The notes under the pieces are model-generated. The model saw only the letters and a list, made by a program, of their open reading frames with translations. It searched no databases and was not told the DNA's origin. Positions 20,545 through 30,885 of a stretch of 64,000 bases of DNA are shown in pieces; positions within the stretch are counted from its first letter, which is position 1, and every line of letters starts with the position of its first letter. Made by a program: the position numbers and the translations under genes. Origin of the DNA: Alphaproteobacteria bacterium (GTDB taxonomy: Bacteria; Pseudomonadota; Alphaproteobacteria; UBA7985); NCBI GenBank assembly GCA_965229645.1, contig OZ245893.1, positions 448,323-512,322 on the forward strand. The letters are read 5' to 3'.

Positions 20545-22041
20545 CTAGCCGCTGAGCGTTCGGCGCACGGCGTCTTGCCAGCCCGCCAACTTGCGCGCGC
20601 GCGTTGGCGCGTCCATGGTGGGATCGAACCGTCGATCCCGCGCCCAGCGTTCGGGCATGGCCTCCGGCGGCGGCACCAGATCCAGGTGCAGGCCCGCGAG
20701 ATAGGCCGCGCCCAGGGCGGTGGTCTCCAGCAATTTAGGGCGCTCCACCGGCGCGTCCAAAACATCGGCCAAGAATTGCATGGTCCAGTCGGAGGCGACC
20801 ATGCCCCCATCGACGCGCAAGGTGGCGGGTTCGTGTCCGCGACCCGCAGCGGCCCAGTCGGCCTGCATGGCCACCCATAGGTCGTGGGTTTGGTAGCAGA
20901 CCGCCTCCAGCGCCGCGCGCGCCAACTCCTTAGGGCCTGTATCGCGCGTTAGCCCATAGAGGGCGCCGCGCGCCTGCGCATCCCAATGCGGCGCGCCCAG
21001 GCCCGTGAAGGCGGGAACTAGATAAACCGATGCCTCCGCCCGCGCGGCGGCGGCCATATCCCCTGTTTGATCGGCGCGCTTGATCAGGCCTAGGCCGTCG
21101 CGCAGCCATTGCACGGCGGCTCCCGCGATGAAAATCGACCCCTCAAGGGCGTACGTCGGCCGGCCGTCCAACTGGTAGGCAAGGGTCGTAAGCAGTTTGT
21201 TGCGCGAGGGGACGGGGCTCGCGCCCGTATTCAGCAAAGCAAAGCAGCCCGTGCCGTAGGTGGATTTGAGCATGCTGGGGCGAAAGCAGGCTTGCCCGAC
21301 GGTCGCGGCCTGTTGGTCCCCCGCGACGCCGCAGATAGGGATGGTGGCGCCGAGCGTCTCGGGGCTGGTGGTGCCAAAGGTCCCGCTGCAATCGCGGACC
21401 TCCGCTAGAGCGCCCATCGGCACCTCGAACAAATCGCACAAGTCTTGCGACCAGCGGCCTTGGTGGATGTCGTAGAGCGCGGTTCGGGCGGCGTTGGTCG
21501 CGTCGGTGACGAAGGCTTTGCCGCCGCTCAGGCGGTACATGAGGTACGTGTCGATGGTGCCGAGCAGCACGTCCCCCGCCGCCACGCGCGCCTTGAGGCC
21601 CTCAACGTGGGTCAGCATCCAGGTAACTTTACTGGCGCTGAAGTAGGGGTCGAGCAGCAGGCCCGTTGTCTGCTGCACGGCGGGTTCATGCCCCGCGTCT
21701 TTCAGTTTTTGGCAGAGGGGTGCGGTGCGGCGGTCTTGCCAGACCAGCGCCCGATGCACGGGCCTGCCAGTTTTGGCCTCAAAGGCGACCAGAGTCTCGC
21801 GCTGGTTGGTCAGGCCGATCCCCGCAATTTGATCGAGCGCCAAGCCGGCCTTGGCAAGGGCCCCGCGAATGACGCCGAGGACGCTTTGCCAGATTTCTTC
21901 GGCGTCGTGCTCGACCCAGCTGGGTCGCGGGAAGTACTGCGGGAATTCCTGCTGGTCGCTCGCCACAAGTCCCAAGGCGGTGTCGAAAATCAACGCGCGC
22001 GATGAGGTGGTGCCTTGGTCGATCGCAAGAATATAGGACAT
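20545..22041 (-). CDS. glpK: Glycerol kinase
   Basis: The conserved N-terminus [19 protein letters not shown] begins at 22041. The track ORF extends 44 codons further upstream. Confidence 0.9.
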   Translation of the reverse strand: MSYILAIDQGTTSSRALIFDTALGLVASDQQEFPQYFPRPSWVEHDAEEIWQSVLGVIRGALAKAGLALDQIAGIGLTNQRETLVAFEAKTGRPVHRALVWQDRRTAPLCQKLKDAGHEPAVQQTTGLLLDPYFSASKVTWMLTHVEGLKARVAAGDVLLGTIDTYLMYRLSGGKAFVTDATNAARTALYDIHQGRWSQDLCDLFEVPMGALAEVRDCSGTFGTTSPETLGATIPICGVAGDQQAATVGQACFRPSMLKSTYGTGCFALLNTGASPVPSRNKLLTTLAYQLDGRPTYALEGSIFIAGAAVQWLRDGLGLIKRADQTGDMAAAARAEASVYLVPAFTGLGAPHWDAQARGALYGLTRDTGPKELARAALEAVCYQTHDLWVAMQADWAAAGRGHEPATLRVDGGMVASDWTMQFLADVLDAPVERPKLLETTALGAAYLAGLHLDLVPPPEAMPERWARDRRFDPTMDAPTRARKLAGWQDAVRRTLSG

Positions 22042-22094
22042 GAGCAAGGGCCATAGGGCTTTTCTTTGCTGGGGCAAACACCTAGTCGGAGCCC

Positions 22095-23003
22095 ATGGCC
22101 GAAACTCAGATCCTTGACCCCCAACTCTGGCATCAGGTGCGCGACGCCATGGTGGCGGGCCACGGTCTGCCACGGGCGACCTTGGGCGACCAGTTCCTGC
22201 ATGCGGGTGCCAATACGCTGCTGTCGCGGTCGGCCTGGGTTCCTGGCCTGGGGATTGGGGTCAAGTCCTGTTCGGTCTATCCTGAAAATCCCGCGGACCA
22301 CAACCTGCCGACCATCCATGGATCCATGGTGGTGTTCGATGATCGCGACGGCACCGTGCGCGGCACCCTCGATTCCGACCGCGTCACCAACCTCAAGACG
22401 GCAGCAGACTCGGTGCTGGGCAGTTCCCTCTTGGCGCGGCCTGGGGCGCGGCGCTTGCTGATCCTGGGGGCGGGAAAGGTCGCGGCGCACTTGGTCCAAG
22501 CCTACGCCGCGCTCATGCCTCGCTTGGATGAGGTGGTGCTTTGGAACCGCACCCCAGCGCGCGGGGCGGCGCTGGTCCAGGATTTGAACGCAGCGGGGTT
22601 CGCGGTTCAGCAGGCGACCGATCTCGCCGCCGCGGTTCGCGGCGCCCATGTGGTGGCCAGCGCGCTTATGACAAAGGCGCCCGTCCTTCAGGGGACTTGG
22701 GTGCAACCCGGGACGCACTTGGACCTCATCGGTGCCTTCAATCGGTCCATGCGCGAGGGCGACGATGACCTGATCCAAATGGCGCGCCTGTTTTGCGACA
22801 GCCGCGACACAACCGTGGACCATATCGGGGAGTTCTACGACCCGATCCAACGCGGGATCATCGCCGAGGCGGACATCGTTGGCGACTACTACGATCTGAT
22901 CCCAGGCAAAATTGGCCGCTTAAGTGACGACGAGATCACGCTGTGCAAGAACGGCGGCGGCGCGCATCTGGACCTCATGACGGCGCAGGTTTTGCTGGAT
23001 TAG
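22095..23003 (+). CDS. Ornithine cyclodeaminase/mu-crystallin family protein
   Basis: [16 protein letters not shown] Rossmann motif, 302 aa. Confidence 0.75.
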   Translation: MAETQILDPQLWHQVRDAMVAGHGLPRATLGDQFLHAGANTLLSRSAWVPGLGIGVKSCSVYPENPADHNLPTIHGSMVVFDDRDGTVRGTLDSDRVTNLKTAADSVLGSSLLARPGARRLLILGAGKVAAHLVQAYAALMPRLDEVVLWNRTPARGAALVQDLNAAGFAVQQATDLAAAVRGAHVVASALMTKAPVLQGTWVQPGTHLDLIGAFNRSMREGDDDLIQMARLFCDSRDTTVDHIGEFYDPIQRGIIAEADIVGDYYDLIPGKIGRLSDDEITLCKNGGGAHLDLMTAQVLLD

Positions 23004-23089
23004 GACGCCATCACGAAGGCCTTTGCACGCATTCAGATTTGCTCTAAGCCATGGGGGCACCGACGCCAACGAACCCCAGAGATCGATCT

Positions 23090-24397
23090 ATGGCCATAAC
23101 TTACCTAAAGCGGGCGGCGAAAACCGCCGCGCAAGACCAGGGCGACGTTCGCCATGTCGTGCAAGACATTTTGGATCGGATCGAGGCGGGCGGCGAGGCG
23201 GTCGCCCTTGAGTATGCGGCCAAGTTCGACAAGTACGAGGGCAACCTCATGCTAACCCGCGAAGAGATCGACGCAGCCCAGGCACAAGTTCCGCAAAAGC
23301 TCAAAGACGACATCGCCTTTGCCCACGACAATGTGCGCCGCTTTGCCGAGTTGCAGAAATCGACCTTGGGCGACGTGGAAACCGAAATTCTGCCAGGCTT
23401 GCGCGCAGGGCAGCGGATTATTCCCGTCGATGCGGTCGGCTGTTACATCCCAGGCGGGCGCTATTCGCACATCGCCAGCGCCATTATGACCGTGACAACG
23501 GCCAAGGTGGCGGGGGTGGACCGCATCACCGCCTGTTCGCCGCCGCGCCCAGGGGTGGGGATCGCGCCCGCGATTGTCTACGCTGCGGACCTGTGCGGCG
23601 CCGATCAGATCCTCGCCATGGGCGGGGTCCAGGGCATCGCCGCCATGACTTTTGGGCTGTTTGGTTTGCCCAGGGCCGACATGTTGGTCGGCCCAGGAAA
23701 CCAGTTTGTCGCCGAGGCCAAGCGCATCCTGTTTGGCCGGGTCGGCATCGACATGTTCGCAGGGCCGACCGATAGCTTGATTTTGGCCGATGAGACGGCT
23801 GACCCCCTGATCGTGGCGACCGATTTGGTCAGTCAGGCCGAACACGGCTACAACTCGCCCGTTTGGTTGGTGACCGATGCGCCCGATCTGGCGCACAAGG
23901 TCGCCGAGTTGGTGCCTGGATTAATTGAGGATTTGCCCGCGACCAACGCTGACAACGCCCGCGCAGCCTGGGCGGACTATGCCGAGATTATCGTCTGCGA
24001 CACGCGCGAGGAGATGGCGGCAACCTCTGACCGCACCGCGCCCGAGCATTTGACGGTCCAGGCCAAGGATTTAGATTGGTGGCGGGCGCGCTTACGCTGT
24101 TACGGTTCCTTGTTTTTGGGCGAAGAAACCACGGTGTCCTACGGCGACAAAGCTTCGGGGCCCAACCACGTCTTGCCGACCTCGGGCGCGGCCAAATATA
24201 CGGGCGGCCTCTCGGTCCATAAATACATGAAGATCGTTACCTGGCAGCAAGCGACCCAGGCGGGGTCCAAAGACGTGGGCATCGCGACGGCGCGCATATC
24301 GCGGCTCGAGGGGATGGAGGGGCATGCCCGCGCCGCCGACGTGCGTCTGGCCAAGTATTTTCCTGGCGAGAATTTTGACCTGAGCGCCGCCGAATGA
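23090..24397 (+). CDS. Histidinol dehydrogenase family protein (HisD paralogue, possibly sulfopropanediol 3-dehydrogenase-like)
   Basis: It is HisD-family over its full length, starting MAITYLKRAAKT. The neighbouring genes suggest an organosulfonate role. Confidence 0.8.
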   Translation: MAITYLKRAAKTAAQDQGDVRHVVQDILDRIEAGGEAVALEYAAKFDKYEGNLMLTREEIDAAQAQVPQKLKDDIAFAHDNVRRFAELQKSTLGDVETEILPGLRAGQRIIPVDAVGCYIPGGRYSHIASAIMTVTTAKVAGVDRITACSPPRPGVGIAPAIVYAADLCGADQILAMGGVQGIAAMTFGLFGLPRADMLVGPGNQFVAEAKRILFGRVGIDMFAGPTDSLILADETADPLIVATDLVSQAEHGYNSPVWLVTDAPDLAHKVAELVPGLIEDLPATNADNARAAWADYAEIIVCDTREEMAATSDRTAPEHLTVQAKDLDWWRARLRCYGSLFLGEETTVSYGDKASGPNHVLPTSGAAKYTGGLSVHKYMKIVTWQQATQAGSKDVGIATARISRLEGMEGHARAADVRLAKYFPGENFDLSAAE

Positions 24398-25383
24398 GGG
24401 CGCTGGTCTACGAGGGCGTTGAAACCCTGGCTCTGCGCGAGGTGCCCGACCCTGTGCCCGCCGACGGGGAGGTGTTGGTGCGCGTCGCGGCGTCGGGCAT
24501 TTGCGGGTCGGACATGCATGCCTACTTCGGTCATGATGCGCGGCGGCCCGCGCCGCTGATCCTGGGCCACGAGGCGGCGGGCACCGTCGCCTCGGGCCCC
24601 AAGGCAGGCCAGCGGGTGACGGTCAATCCGCTGGTCAGCTACGGGCAAGGTGCGGCCCGCGTCGGCGGACGGACCAATTTGTGCAGCGCCCGCCAAATTC
24701 TCTCCATGGCCCCGCGTCAAGGCGCCTTTGCCGATCTGATTTCCGTCCCTCCCGACAACCTGATCGCCGTGCCCGACCATGTGCCGCTGACCGCAGCGGC
24801 GCTGGCCGAGCCCTTGGCCTGCGGTTGGCACGCGGTGCGCTTGGGCTTTGAGAAATCCGTGGTTCCCCCCGATCAGGCCCGCTGCCTGGTCTTGGGCGGC
24901 GGGGCCATTGGCTTCGGTGCGGCCTTGGCGCTTCGGGCCTTTGGCGCGGCGCACGTGACCCTGGTGGAACCGCAGGCGGCGCGGCGGCACAATCTCGCCA
25001 ACTATTGCGATTTCGCGCTGCTCGCCGACGCGAGCGAGGCCGAGGCGGGCAGTCAAGACCTGCTGATTGACGCCGTTGGCATCGCCGCGACGCGCGCGGC
25101 GGCCTGCGCCCTCGTCACGCCTGGCGGCGTCATCGCCCACATCGGTTTGGGATCAGCTGAGGGGGGGATCGACGCGCGCTGCTTGACCTTGCAGGAAATC
25201 ACCTTCTTCGGCACCTATACCTATACGCAGGCAGACTTTGCCGCCACAGCCGAGGCCATGTTCGCGGGGCGACTGGGCGACCTGACGTGGCCGCAGCAGC
25301 GCTCCTTGGATCAAGGGATCCAGGCCTTCGCCGACTTGGCAGCGGGGCAAGTGACCGCGCCCAAAATCCTCCTCCAACTCTAA
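24394..25383 (+). CDS. Zn-dependent alcohol dehydrogenase (MDR family)
   Basis: GICGSDMHAY zinc motif, 329 aa, with an ATGA overlap. Confidence 0.8.
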   Translation: MRALVYEGVETLALREVPDPVPADGEVLVRVAASGICGSDMHAYFGHDARRPAPLILGHEAAGTVASGPKAGQRVTVNPLVSYGQGAARVGGRTNLCSARQILSMAPRQGAFADLISVPPDNLIAVPDHVPLTAAALAEPLACGWHAVRLGFEKSVVPPDQARCLVLGGGAIGFGAALALRAFGAAHVTLVEPQAARRHNLANYCDFALLADASEAEAGSQDLLIDAVGIAATRAAACALVTPGGVIAHIGLGSAEGGIDARCLTLQEITFFGTYTYTQADFAATAEAMFAGRLGDLTWPQQRSLDQGIQAFADLAAGQVTAPKILLQL

Positions 25384-25400
25384 CCGATCGGACCCCACCC

Positions 25401-25898
25401 ATGAACCTCTCGCAAACCATGGTCGATACGCTGGTTGCCAACCAGATCGGCTTCGTCACCACCGTCCCCTGCAAGCAGTTGGCGGGCGTGATCGCCGAGT
25501 TGGAACAGCGCCAAGACGTGCAGCATATGCCGTGCAATAAGGAAGACGAGGGCATGGGCCTGTGCGCGGGTGCCTTCATGGGCGGCACGCGCGCAGCGAT
25601 CATCATGCAGAACACGGCCCTCGGCGTTACCGTCAACACGCTGGTGACCCTAACGCAGTTCTATCGCTTGCCGCTGCCCATGCTGATTTCCTATCGCGGC
25701 GAATTGGGCGAACCCGTGGCGTGCCAGGTGGAAATGGCGGTCCATACCAAGGCTTTGCTCGACCAACTCCATATCCCCACCTACCACTTCCATCGGCCCG
25801 AGGACGTGCAGGAATTCGACGCGATTTTGAAGTATGGCTTTATGGCCAGCAAACCCGTTGCCATCTTGACCGACGCCACGTTCTGGGGAGGGTACTAG
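25401..25898 (+). CDS. comD: Sulfopyruvate decarboxylase alpha subunit-like protein (TPP enzyme, N-terminal half)
   Basis: About 165 aa, a split TPP-dependent decarboxylase of ComD type. The start is set at MNLSQ. Confidence 0.7.
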   Translation: MNLSQTMVDTLVANQIGFVTTVPCKQLAGVIAELEQRQDVQHMPCNKEDEGMGLCAGAFMGGTRAAIIMQNTALGVTVNTLVTLTQFYRLPLPMLISYRGELGEPVACQVEMAVHTKALLDQLHIPTYHFHRPEDVQEFDAILKYGFMASKPVAILTDATFWGGY

Positions 25899-25900
25899 CC

Positions 25901-26455
25901 ATGATTAGATCCGAAATTTTGACCGAACTGGCGCCCCTTATCCGCGATCACTTGGTGGTCTGCAACATCGGCTTGCCCAGCCAAGAAATGCACCAGATCG
26001 ACGACCAGCCGACCAATTTTTACATGCTCGGCACCATGGGCTTGGCTTCGTCCATCGGCTTCGGCTTGGCCCAAACCACGGACAAGAAGGTGCTGGTGAT
26101 CGACGGCGATGGCTCGGTTTTGACCAACCTGGGTACCCTGCCGACCATCGCCAACAACCCGACCAACAACTTCATTTTGCTGATTATCGACAACGGGTCC
26201 TACGGGTCCACGGGCGACCAGCCGACCTATGCAGGGGCCAAGACCAACTTGGCCGCGGTCGCGCGCGCGTGCGGATGCGACCAAGTCGTCGAGGTGCAGG
26301 ACGTCGAGACGCCCGCCGCCGTCGCCGCGGCTCTGGCGGGGGATGACATGACGATCATCGTCAGCAAGTGCGACAGCGGCAATGTCAAGGTGCCCGTCAT
26401 CCCCCTCGACCCCGTCGTCATTCGCCATCGCTTTATGGAGGCGGTCAAGGCCTAA
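25901..26455 (+). CDS. comE: Sulfopyruvate decarboxylase beta subunit-like protein (TPP-binding)
   Basis: GDGS…N TPP-binding motif (LVIDGDGSVLTNLG). It starts 3 nt after comD. Confidence 0.7.
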   Translation: MIRSEILTELAPLIRDHLVVCNIGLPSQEMHQIDDQPTNFYMLGTMGLASSIGFGLAQTTDKKVLVIDGDGSVLTNLGTLPTIANNPTNNFILLIIDNGSYGSTGDQPTYAGAKTNLAAVARACGCDQVVEVQDVETPAAVAAALAGDDMTIIVSKCDSGNVKVPVIPLDPVVIRHRFMEAVKA

Positions 26456-26461
26456 GGCCTC

Positions 26462-27571
26462 GTGTTTCGGCCACAGCTTTACGACTACCACAGCCTAAGG
26501 GCGCGGGCCAAGGCGCGCCTGCCCTGGATGGTGTTCGACTATATTGACGGCGCGGCGGGACAGGGCGGCGGCGTCGCGGCCAATCGCGCCGCCTTTGCCG
26601 CTATCCCGCTGCGCCCAAGGGTCCTGGTGGACGTGCGGCACCGCGACCTCAGCTGCCAGGTACTGGGCCAACCTTGCAGCGTTCCCTTTGGCATCAGCCC
26701 CATGGGTCTGTGCAACTTGGCCCATCCGCAGGCCGACCGCGCCTTCGCTGCCTTTGCCGTGCGCACGGGCGCGCCCGTCGGGCTTTCCACGTTCGGCTCG
26801 ACCGACCTCGAAACCATGGCCCAGTGGTCCGAGGGCAAGGCCTGGTTTCAACTCTACTTCAGCGGCGACGGCAGCGCGTCCCTGGCGCTGGCCGCGCGCG
26901 CGCAGGCGGCGGGGTATCAGACGCTGGTCCTGACCTTGGACGTGCCCGAGGTCGGCTACCGCCCGCGTGAGTTGCGCCACGGTTTCAAAATGCCGTTTCG
27001 GATCGGTCTCTCGCAAGCCTTCGACTTCGCGTGCCATCCGCGCTGGTCCGTGCGTGCGCTCTTAAGCGGCCCGCCGCGTTTGGCCAACTTCGACACGCTA
27101 GGCTACGATCTGGACCGCACCGAAAGCCGCGCAGGGGCCGACTGGACCTTCGTGCAAAAACTGCGCGAGCTCTGGACCGGCAAGCTGGTAGCCAAGGGTA
27201 TAACGCACGCAGGCGATGCCAAAGCCCTGGTGCAGGCTGGGGTCGATGCCATCCAAGTTTCCAGCCACGGCAGTCGACAAGTTGAAGGCGCAGTGCCGCC
27301 AATTTCAGCGTTGCAAGAGGTTCGCCAAGCACTGGGGCCGACTTTCCCCCTGTTCTACGATAGCGGCCTGCAATCAGGGGAGGACGTGGTCCGCGCCTAC
27401 TTGGCGGGCGCGGACTTCGTCTTCCTAGGCCGCTACGCCCAATTCGCCGCCGCCGCAGGCGGGGCTAGGGCGGTTCGTAACGCAACGGACTTCTTATGCG
27501 AACAGATCAGCAATACCCTGGCGCAACTCGGCAAAACATCAGTCTGCGAGTTGAGCGGGGTCAAGGCATGA
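26462..27571 (+). CDS. FMN-dependent alpha-hydroxy-acid dehydrogenase (L-lactate dehydrogenase LldD-like, candidate sulfolactate dehydrogenase)
   Basis: 369 aa, LldD/glycolate-oxidase family (…SSHGSRQVEG…). Confidence 0.8.
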   Translation: MFRPQLYDYHSLRARAKARLPWMVFDYIDGAAGQGGGVAANRAAFAAIPLRPRVLVDVRHRDLSCQVLGQPCSVPFGISPMGLCNLAHPQADRAFAAFAVRTGAPVGLSTFGSTDLETMAQWSEGKAWFQLYFSGDGSASLALAARAQAAGYQTLVLTLDVPEVGYRPRELRHGFKMPFRIGLSQAFDFACHPRWSVRALLSGPPRLANFDTLGYDLDRTESRAGADWTFVQKLRELWTGKLVAKGITHAGDAKALVQAGVDAIQVSSHGSRQVEGAVPPISALQEVRQALGPTFPLFYDSGLQSGEDVVRAYLAGADFVFLGRYAQFAAAAGGARAVRNATDFLCEQISNTLAQLGKTSVCELSGVKA

Positions 27572-27871
27572 GCGCCAGCGGCCATTCTTGTCAAACTCAG
27601 ATGGGTGGCGTTGCACCCATTTGGCGATCCGTGAGAACAAGCGTGCCTGATCGAGAGGTTTTTTGCGACCAAGCAAGACCTACGGGAAACCGAGCGACAT
27701 CTTATCATTCGATTTGGCGGCATGATGGTGGCGGGGACTGTTGTTGCGGTGCCTTGGTTGAACTTCTCTAGTCTAAGAGCGTACCTTGTTTCAGGGCTTA
27801 TATCACGGAAGGATGACCGAACCCACCTACCGACGAGCGTCCAAGCGCCAAACCCGAGCCTAGACGTCCGC

Positions 27872-27974
27872 ACCCGACGTCATCCAGCGCGGAGCGGAGC
27901 GAAGTCGCAGGATCCAGCACCGATCGTTTCGGGAAGTCCAGACGAAACGACCTTTGTGCGGTGCCAAACGACGG
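27872..27974. repeat. Interspersed repeat of about 100 bp, copy A
   Basis: It shares a CGTCATCCAGCGCGGAGCGGAGCGAAGTCGCAGGATCCAGCAC core and flanking similarity with 48965-49064. Confidence 0.4.
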
Positions 27975-28212
27975 CGGCATGATAGTGACGGGAATTATTC
28001 GTGTGGGGGCCTTATTTAGGCTTCTGTATCCCAAGGCCTCATCTTGTTTTAGGGCTATGACTAGCAACTCAACTTTACACAAAGTCCTTCAGAATAAGGA
28101 CCCGCAAGGACTTTGACGCACGAATCCCCGCGTCATACCAGCGGCAAGAATGAGCGACTCTTAATTTTAGGTATTCCCAAGGTGGTCCAATTCTGATTCG
28201 ATGCAGGGATCA

Positions 28213-28343
28213 TTGAATGAGACCTCAGCATAAATCAAAGAACCAAAAACTGACCGCAATATGTAGTATCCATTCGCCTCAATTAGCCCAATATATTTTA
28301 GCTGTGAGATTTGAAATCGAATTATGCTGAGGTCTCTGAATAG
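28213..28343. repeat. MITE-like 131-bp element with terminal inverted repeats
   Basis: TGAATGAGACCTCAGCATAA … TTATGCTGAGGTCTCTGAATA gives a perfect 15-bp inverted repeat, about 20 bp if two mismatches are allowed, bracketing 90 bp of AT-rich DNA directly upstream of IS630 orfA. Confidence 0.5.
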
Positions 28344-28352
28344 GAGTATGAT

Positions 28353-28865
28353 ATGAGTGCAGCGGTTCCCATTACTCGTCTTGACAAGAGTGCCGATGAT
28401 TTGCGGGCGCTGGCACGCAAGGCGAAGAACGGTCGAGTTGGCGGGCGATTGCTTTCCATAGCACTTGTTTTGGAAGGTGTGTCTCGTAAGTACGCAGCAG
28501 AAAGTAACGGCATGGACCGACAGTCGCTACGTGATTGGATCCATCGCTATAATGACGAAGGCGTTGGGGGTTTGGAAGATCGCAAAGGCGCAGGAGCCAA
28601 GCCCCGCATCAAAGGATCTGAGATGGACCAACTTGCAGCTTGGGTAAAGGCTGGTCCTGACGTTGAGCGCGATGGCGTTGTACGTTGGCGACGCAAAGAC
28701 TTAGCAGATCGGGTCAAACAAGAAATGAAGATCGAGGTGAGTGAGCGCACGGTGGGGAACTACTTGGACAAGCTGGGTTTTCGGCGTATGACAGTGCGGC
28801 CCGAACACCCCAAAACCGACAAAGAGGCCCAGGAGGCGCTAAAAAAAACTTCTCAAAGATCATAA
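28353..28865 (+). CDS. IS630-family transposase orfA (HTH/winged-helix part)
   Basis: 170 aa, and LSIALVLEGVSRKYAAESNGMDRQSLRDWIHRYNDEG is a helix-turn-helix. Confidence 0.8.
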   Translation: MSAAVPITRLDKSADDLRALARKAKNGRVGGRLLSIALVLEGVSRKYAAESNGMDRQSLRDWIHRYNDEGVGGLEDRKGAGAKPRIKGSEMDQLAAWVKAGPDVERDGVVRWRRKDLADRVKQEMKIEVSERTVGNYLDKLGFRRMTVRPEHPKTDKEAQEALKKTSQRS

Positions 28866-28873
28866 GGGATATT

Positions 28874-29416
28874 TTGCCTGACTACGCCCGCGAAAAAACC
28901 CTTGAGGTTTGGTTTCAGGATGAGGCGCGCGTAGGTCAGAAGGGCACAGTGACGCGTATTTGGGCGCCTCAGGGCACTCGCCCGCGTGCGCCGCGTGATA
29001 CACGTTATCAATGGAGCTATATCTTCGGGGCTGCCTGTCCCGAACGGGGTGTCGCCGCGGGGCTGGTCTTGCCTTATGTGAACACCGAGGCGATGAACTT
29101 GCACTTAGCGGAAATCTCCAAAACGGTTGCTACTGGTGCGCATGCGATCCTTGTGCTTGATTGCGCAGGTTGGCATCTGGCTAACAAACTAGAGATACCC
29201 CAGAATATCACGCTCCTAAAATTGCCGCCCTACTCGCCAGAGCTCAACCCTATGGAAAACGTCTGGCAATATCTGCGAGCAAACAAACTCGCACTATCGG
29301 TATTCGACACATACGAGGAAATTCTTCAAAAGTGCGCTGAGGCATGGAACTTCTTTGCCAATGACCCAAGGCGCATAATGTCGGTGACTAAACGCGATTG
29401 GGCAACGGTCATTTAA
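28874..29416 (+). CDS. IS630-family transposase orfB (DDE domain)
   Basis: WFQDEARVGQKGT…LVLDCAGWH…YSPELNPMENVW is an IS630/Tc1-like DDE region. Confidence 0.8.
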   Translation: MPDYAREKTLEVWFQDEARVGQKGTVTRIWAPQGTRPRAPRDTRYQWSYIFGAACPERGVAAGLVLPYVNTEAMNLHLAEISKTVATGAHAILVLDCAGWHLANKLEIPQNITLLKLPPYSPELNPMENVWQYLRANKLALSVFDTYEEILQKCAEAWNFFANDPRRIMSVTKRDWATVI

Positions 29417-29698
29417 TTTTTCCGTTGGTATGAGTGGATCACTGGGATCAAGGGTCACCTCGAAGGGTAGTTTTCGCGTTCGCACTATTTGGCGATAGAG
29501 CATGGAGATGACTTGCGACGGCTTAAGGCCCAACTCGGCTATCACCGCATCGCCTTGTTCCTTGAGATCGGCATCGATGCGCGAACTAACGCGCGCTTCT
29601 TGGGGCACGGCAGTAGTCTTTATGGGTTAGAGGCAATATCAATCGTTTGTACGCCAAACGTCACCCAAATCAAGACATCTTTTCAGGGCAATCGCACT

Positions 29699-30799
29699 TC
29701 AAAATCCTTGAATGAGTGTCTTTAAGAACTCGTTGCTCCATCCCGCGCGTTTGAACTTGACGCGATTTGAGGACTTGTCGTTGTTAGCCTTTATGATGTT
29801 CAAAGCAATGCGCCGTAAGGCAGCAAAGTTTGCAGGTGCGTTGCCCTTTCTCGCACGATGGAAGTCCTCGTTCATCACGACATCTAGGGACCAATGTAAA
29901 CTATTTTCAATCTGCCAATGACCACGGATTAGATTGGCAGCCTCCTGAGCGGTGCTCTGCTTTGACATAAGATAAGTCCGCTCTTCTTGGCTAACTTTCC
30001 CATCAACTTCACGCTTATACAACACATGGACGAAAGCAGAAAGGTGGGGCCAATCATGGGTTTGTGTCACATAATCTGGGACCTCATAAACTCTATAGCG
30101 GCGCTCCTCAATACGGCCATGGTCAGCATCCGTGGAACTGTACTCATTCGCCCAAATCGTTTGTGGGTCTGCAATAAAGGTCTGAATATCGTTCATCAAC
30201 CCCTTCTGGTTGGCCTTGAGTTGTATGCAATACTCTGCACCTTGAGCGGCGATCAGTTCACAGGTCTCGCGTTGGCAGTGCAGGGCGTCGGCGGTAAGAG
30301 TGATACCACGAATATCAAGCATCTGGATCAACTCACGCAGCGCTAAAATCTCACTGCCTGCCTTAGCGCTTTGAGTAATACCAAGACTTAACCGCGCCCC
30401 ATGGGCAAACGCTGTGACCAGGTTAAGGTTTGACTTCTTGGCAGCTTTATCAAAGCTCCCACGCAACTCCTTACCATCAATAGCAATGGCCTTTTGCTTT
30501 TCATCAGTGTTTGCAAAATCAGCTTGAAACTTTTCAAAAAACGCCTGAAAACTGTCTGGCTTCATCAACTGAAACAGGCGTGAAAATGCGTCGTGACTGG
30601 GTAAACCCAGAGGAAGTTCCAGAAACTCGCGCAAAAAATCCTCCTTGCTGCGAGCAAAATGTTCCATGTCCACTGCCGTTTCACCCCCACATAGGGCGCA
30701 CAAAAGGCTTATCGTCATCAAGTCGCAGAACTTGTGACGTGGGGCATTGCTCGTGCGAGGATCATCTAACTCGTTGAAATAATTGACTAGTAAGGGCAT
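29699..30799 (-). CDS. ISAs1-family transposase (H-repeat-associated type)
   Basis: The N-terminal FNELDDPR motif and 366-aa length are typical of ISAs1. Confidence 0.8.
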   Translation of the reverse strand: MPLLVNYFNELDDPRTSNAPRHKFCDLMTISLLCALCGGETAVDMEHFARSKEDFLREFLELPLGLPSHDAFSRLFQLMKPDSFQAFFEKFQADFANTDEKQKAIAIDGKELRGSFDKAAKKSNLNLVTAFAHGARLSLGITQSAKAGSEILALRELIQMLDIRGITLTADALHCQRETCELIAAQGAEYCIQLKANQKGLMNDIQTFIADPQTIWANEYSSTDADHGRIEERRYRVYEVPDYVTQTHDWPHLSAFVHVLYKREVDGKVSQEERTYLMSKQSTAQEAANLIRGHWQIENSLHWSLDVVMNEDFHRARKGNAPANFAALRRIALNIIKANNDKSSNRVKFKRAGWSNEFLKTLIQGF

Positions 30800-30885
30800 G
30801 TGTCGGCTCCATCTCGTGATGGAGACCGCCGAGTCCCTTTAGAACAAATTGTCAACTCTCAAGTGCGATTCCCCTGGACATCTTT

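Larger units (their letters stand above)
28323..29450 (+). mobile_element. IS630-family insertion sequence with a two-ORF (frameshifted) transposase. The exact ends are not resolved.
   Basis: orfA (HTH) and orfB (DDE) are in different frames, as is typical for IS630. I could not find an inverted repeat at the right end. Confidence 0.55.

Noticed and set aside
20545-22173. N-terminal 44-codon extension of glpK in the track ORF, and similar extensions on the ABC ATPase 41342..42769 and permease 43632..45242
   Set aside because: The conserved protein starts ([23 protein letters not shown] and MNARR) lie internally and are translationally coupled to the upstream stops. The extensions are stop-free upstream sequence in GC-rich DNA.
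28323-29450. Attempt to define the IS630 right inverted repeat and its TA target duplication
   Set aside because: I found no convincing inverted repeat downstream of orfB (29417-29500). I therefore gave the IS boundaries as approximate only and did not claim a target-site duplication.
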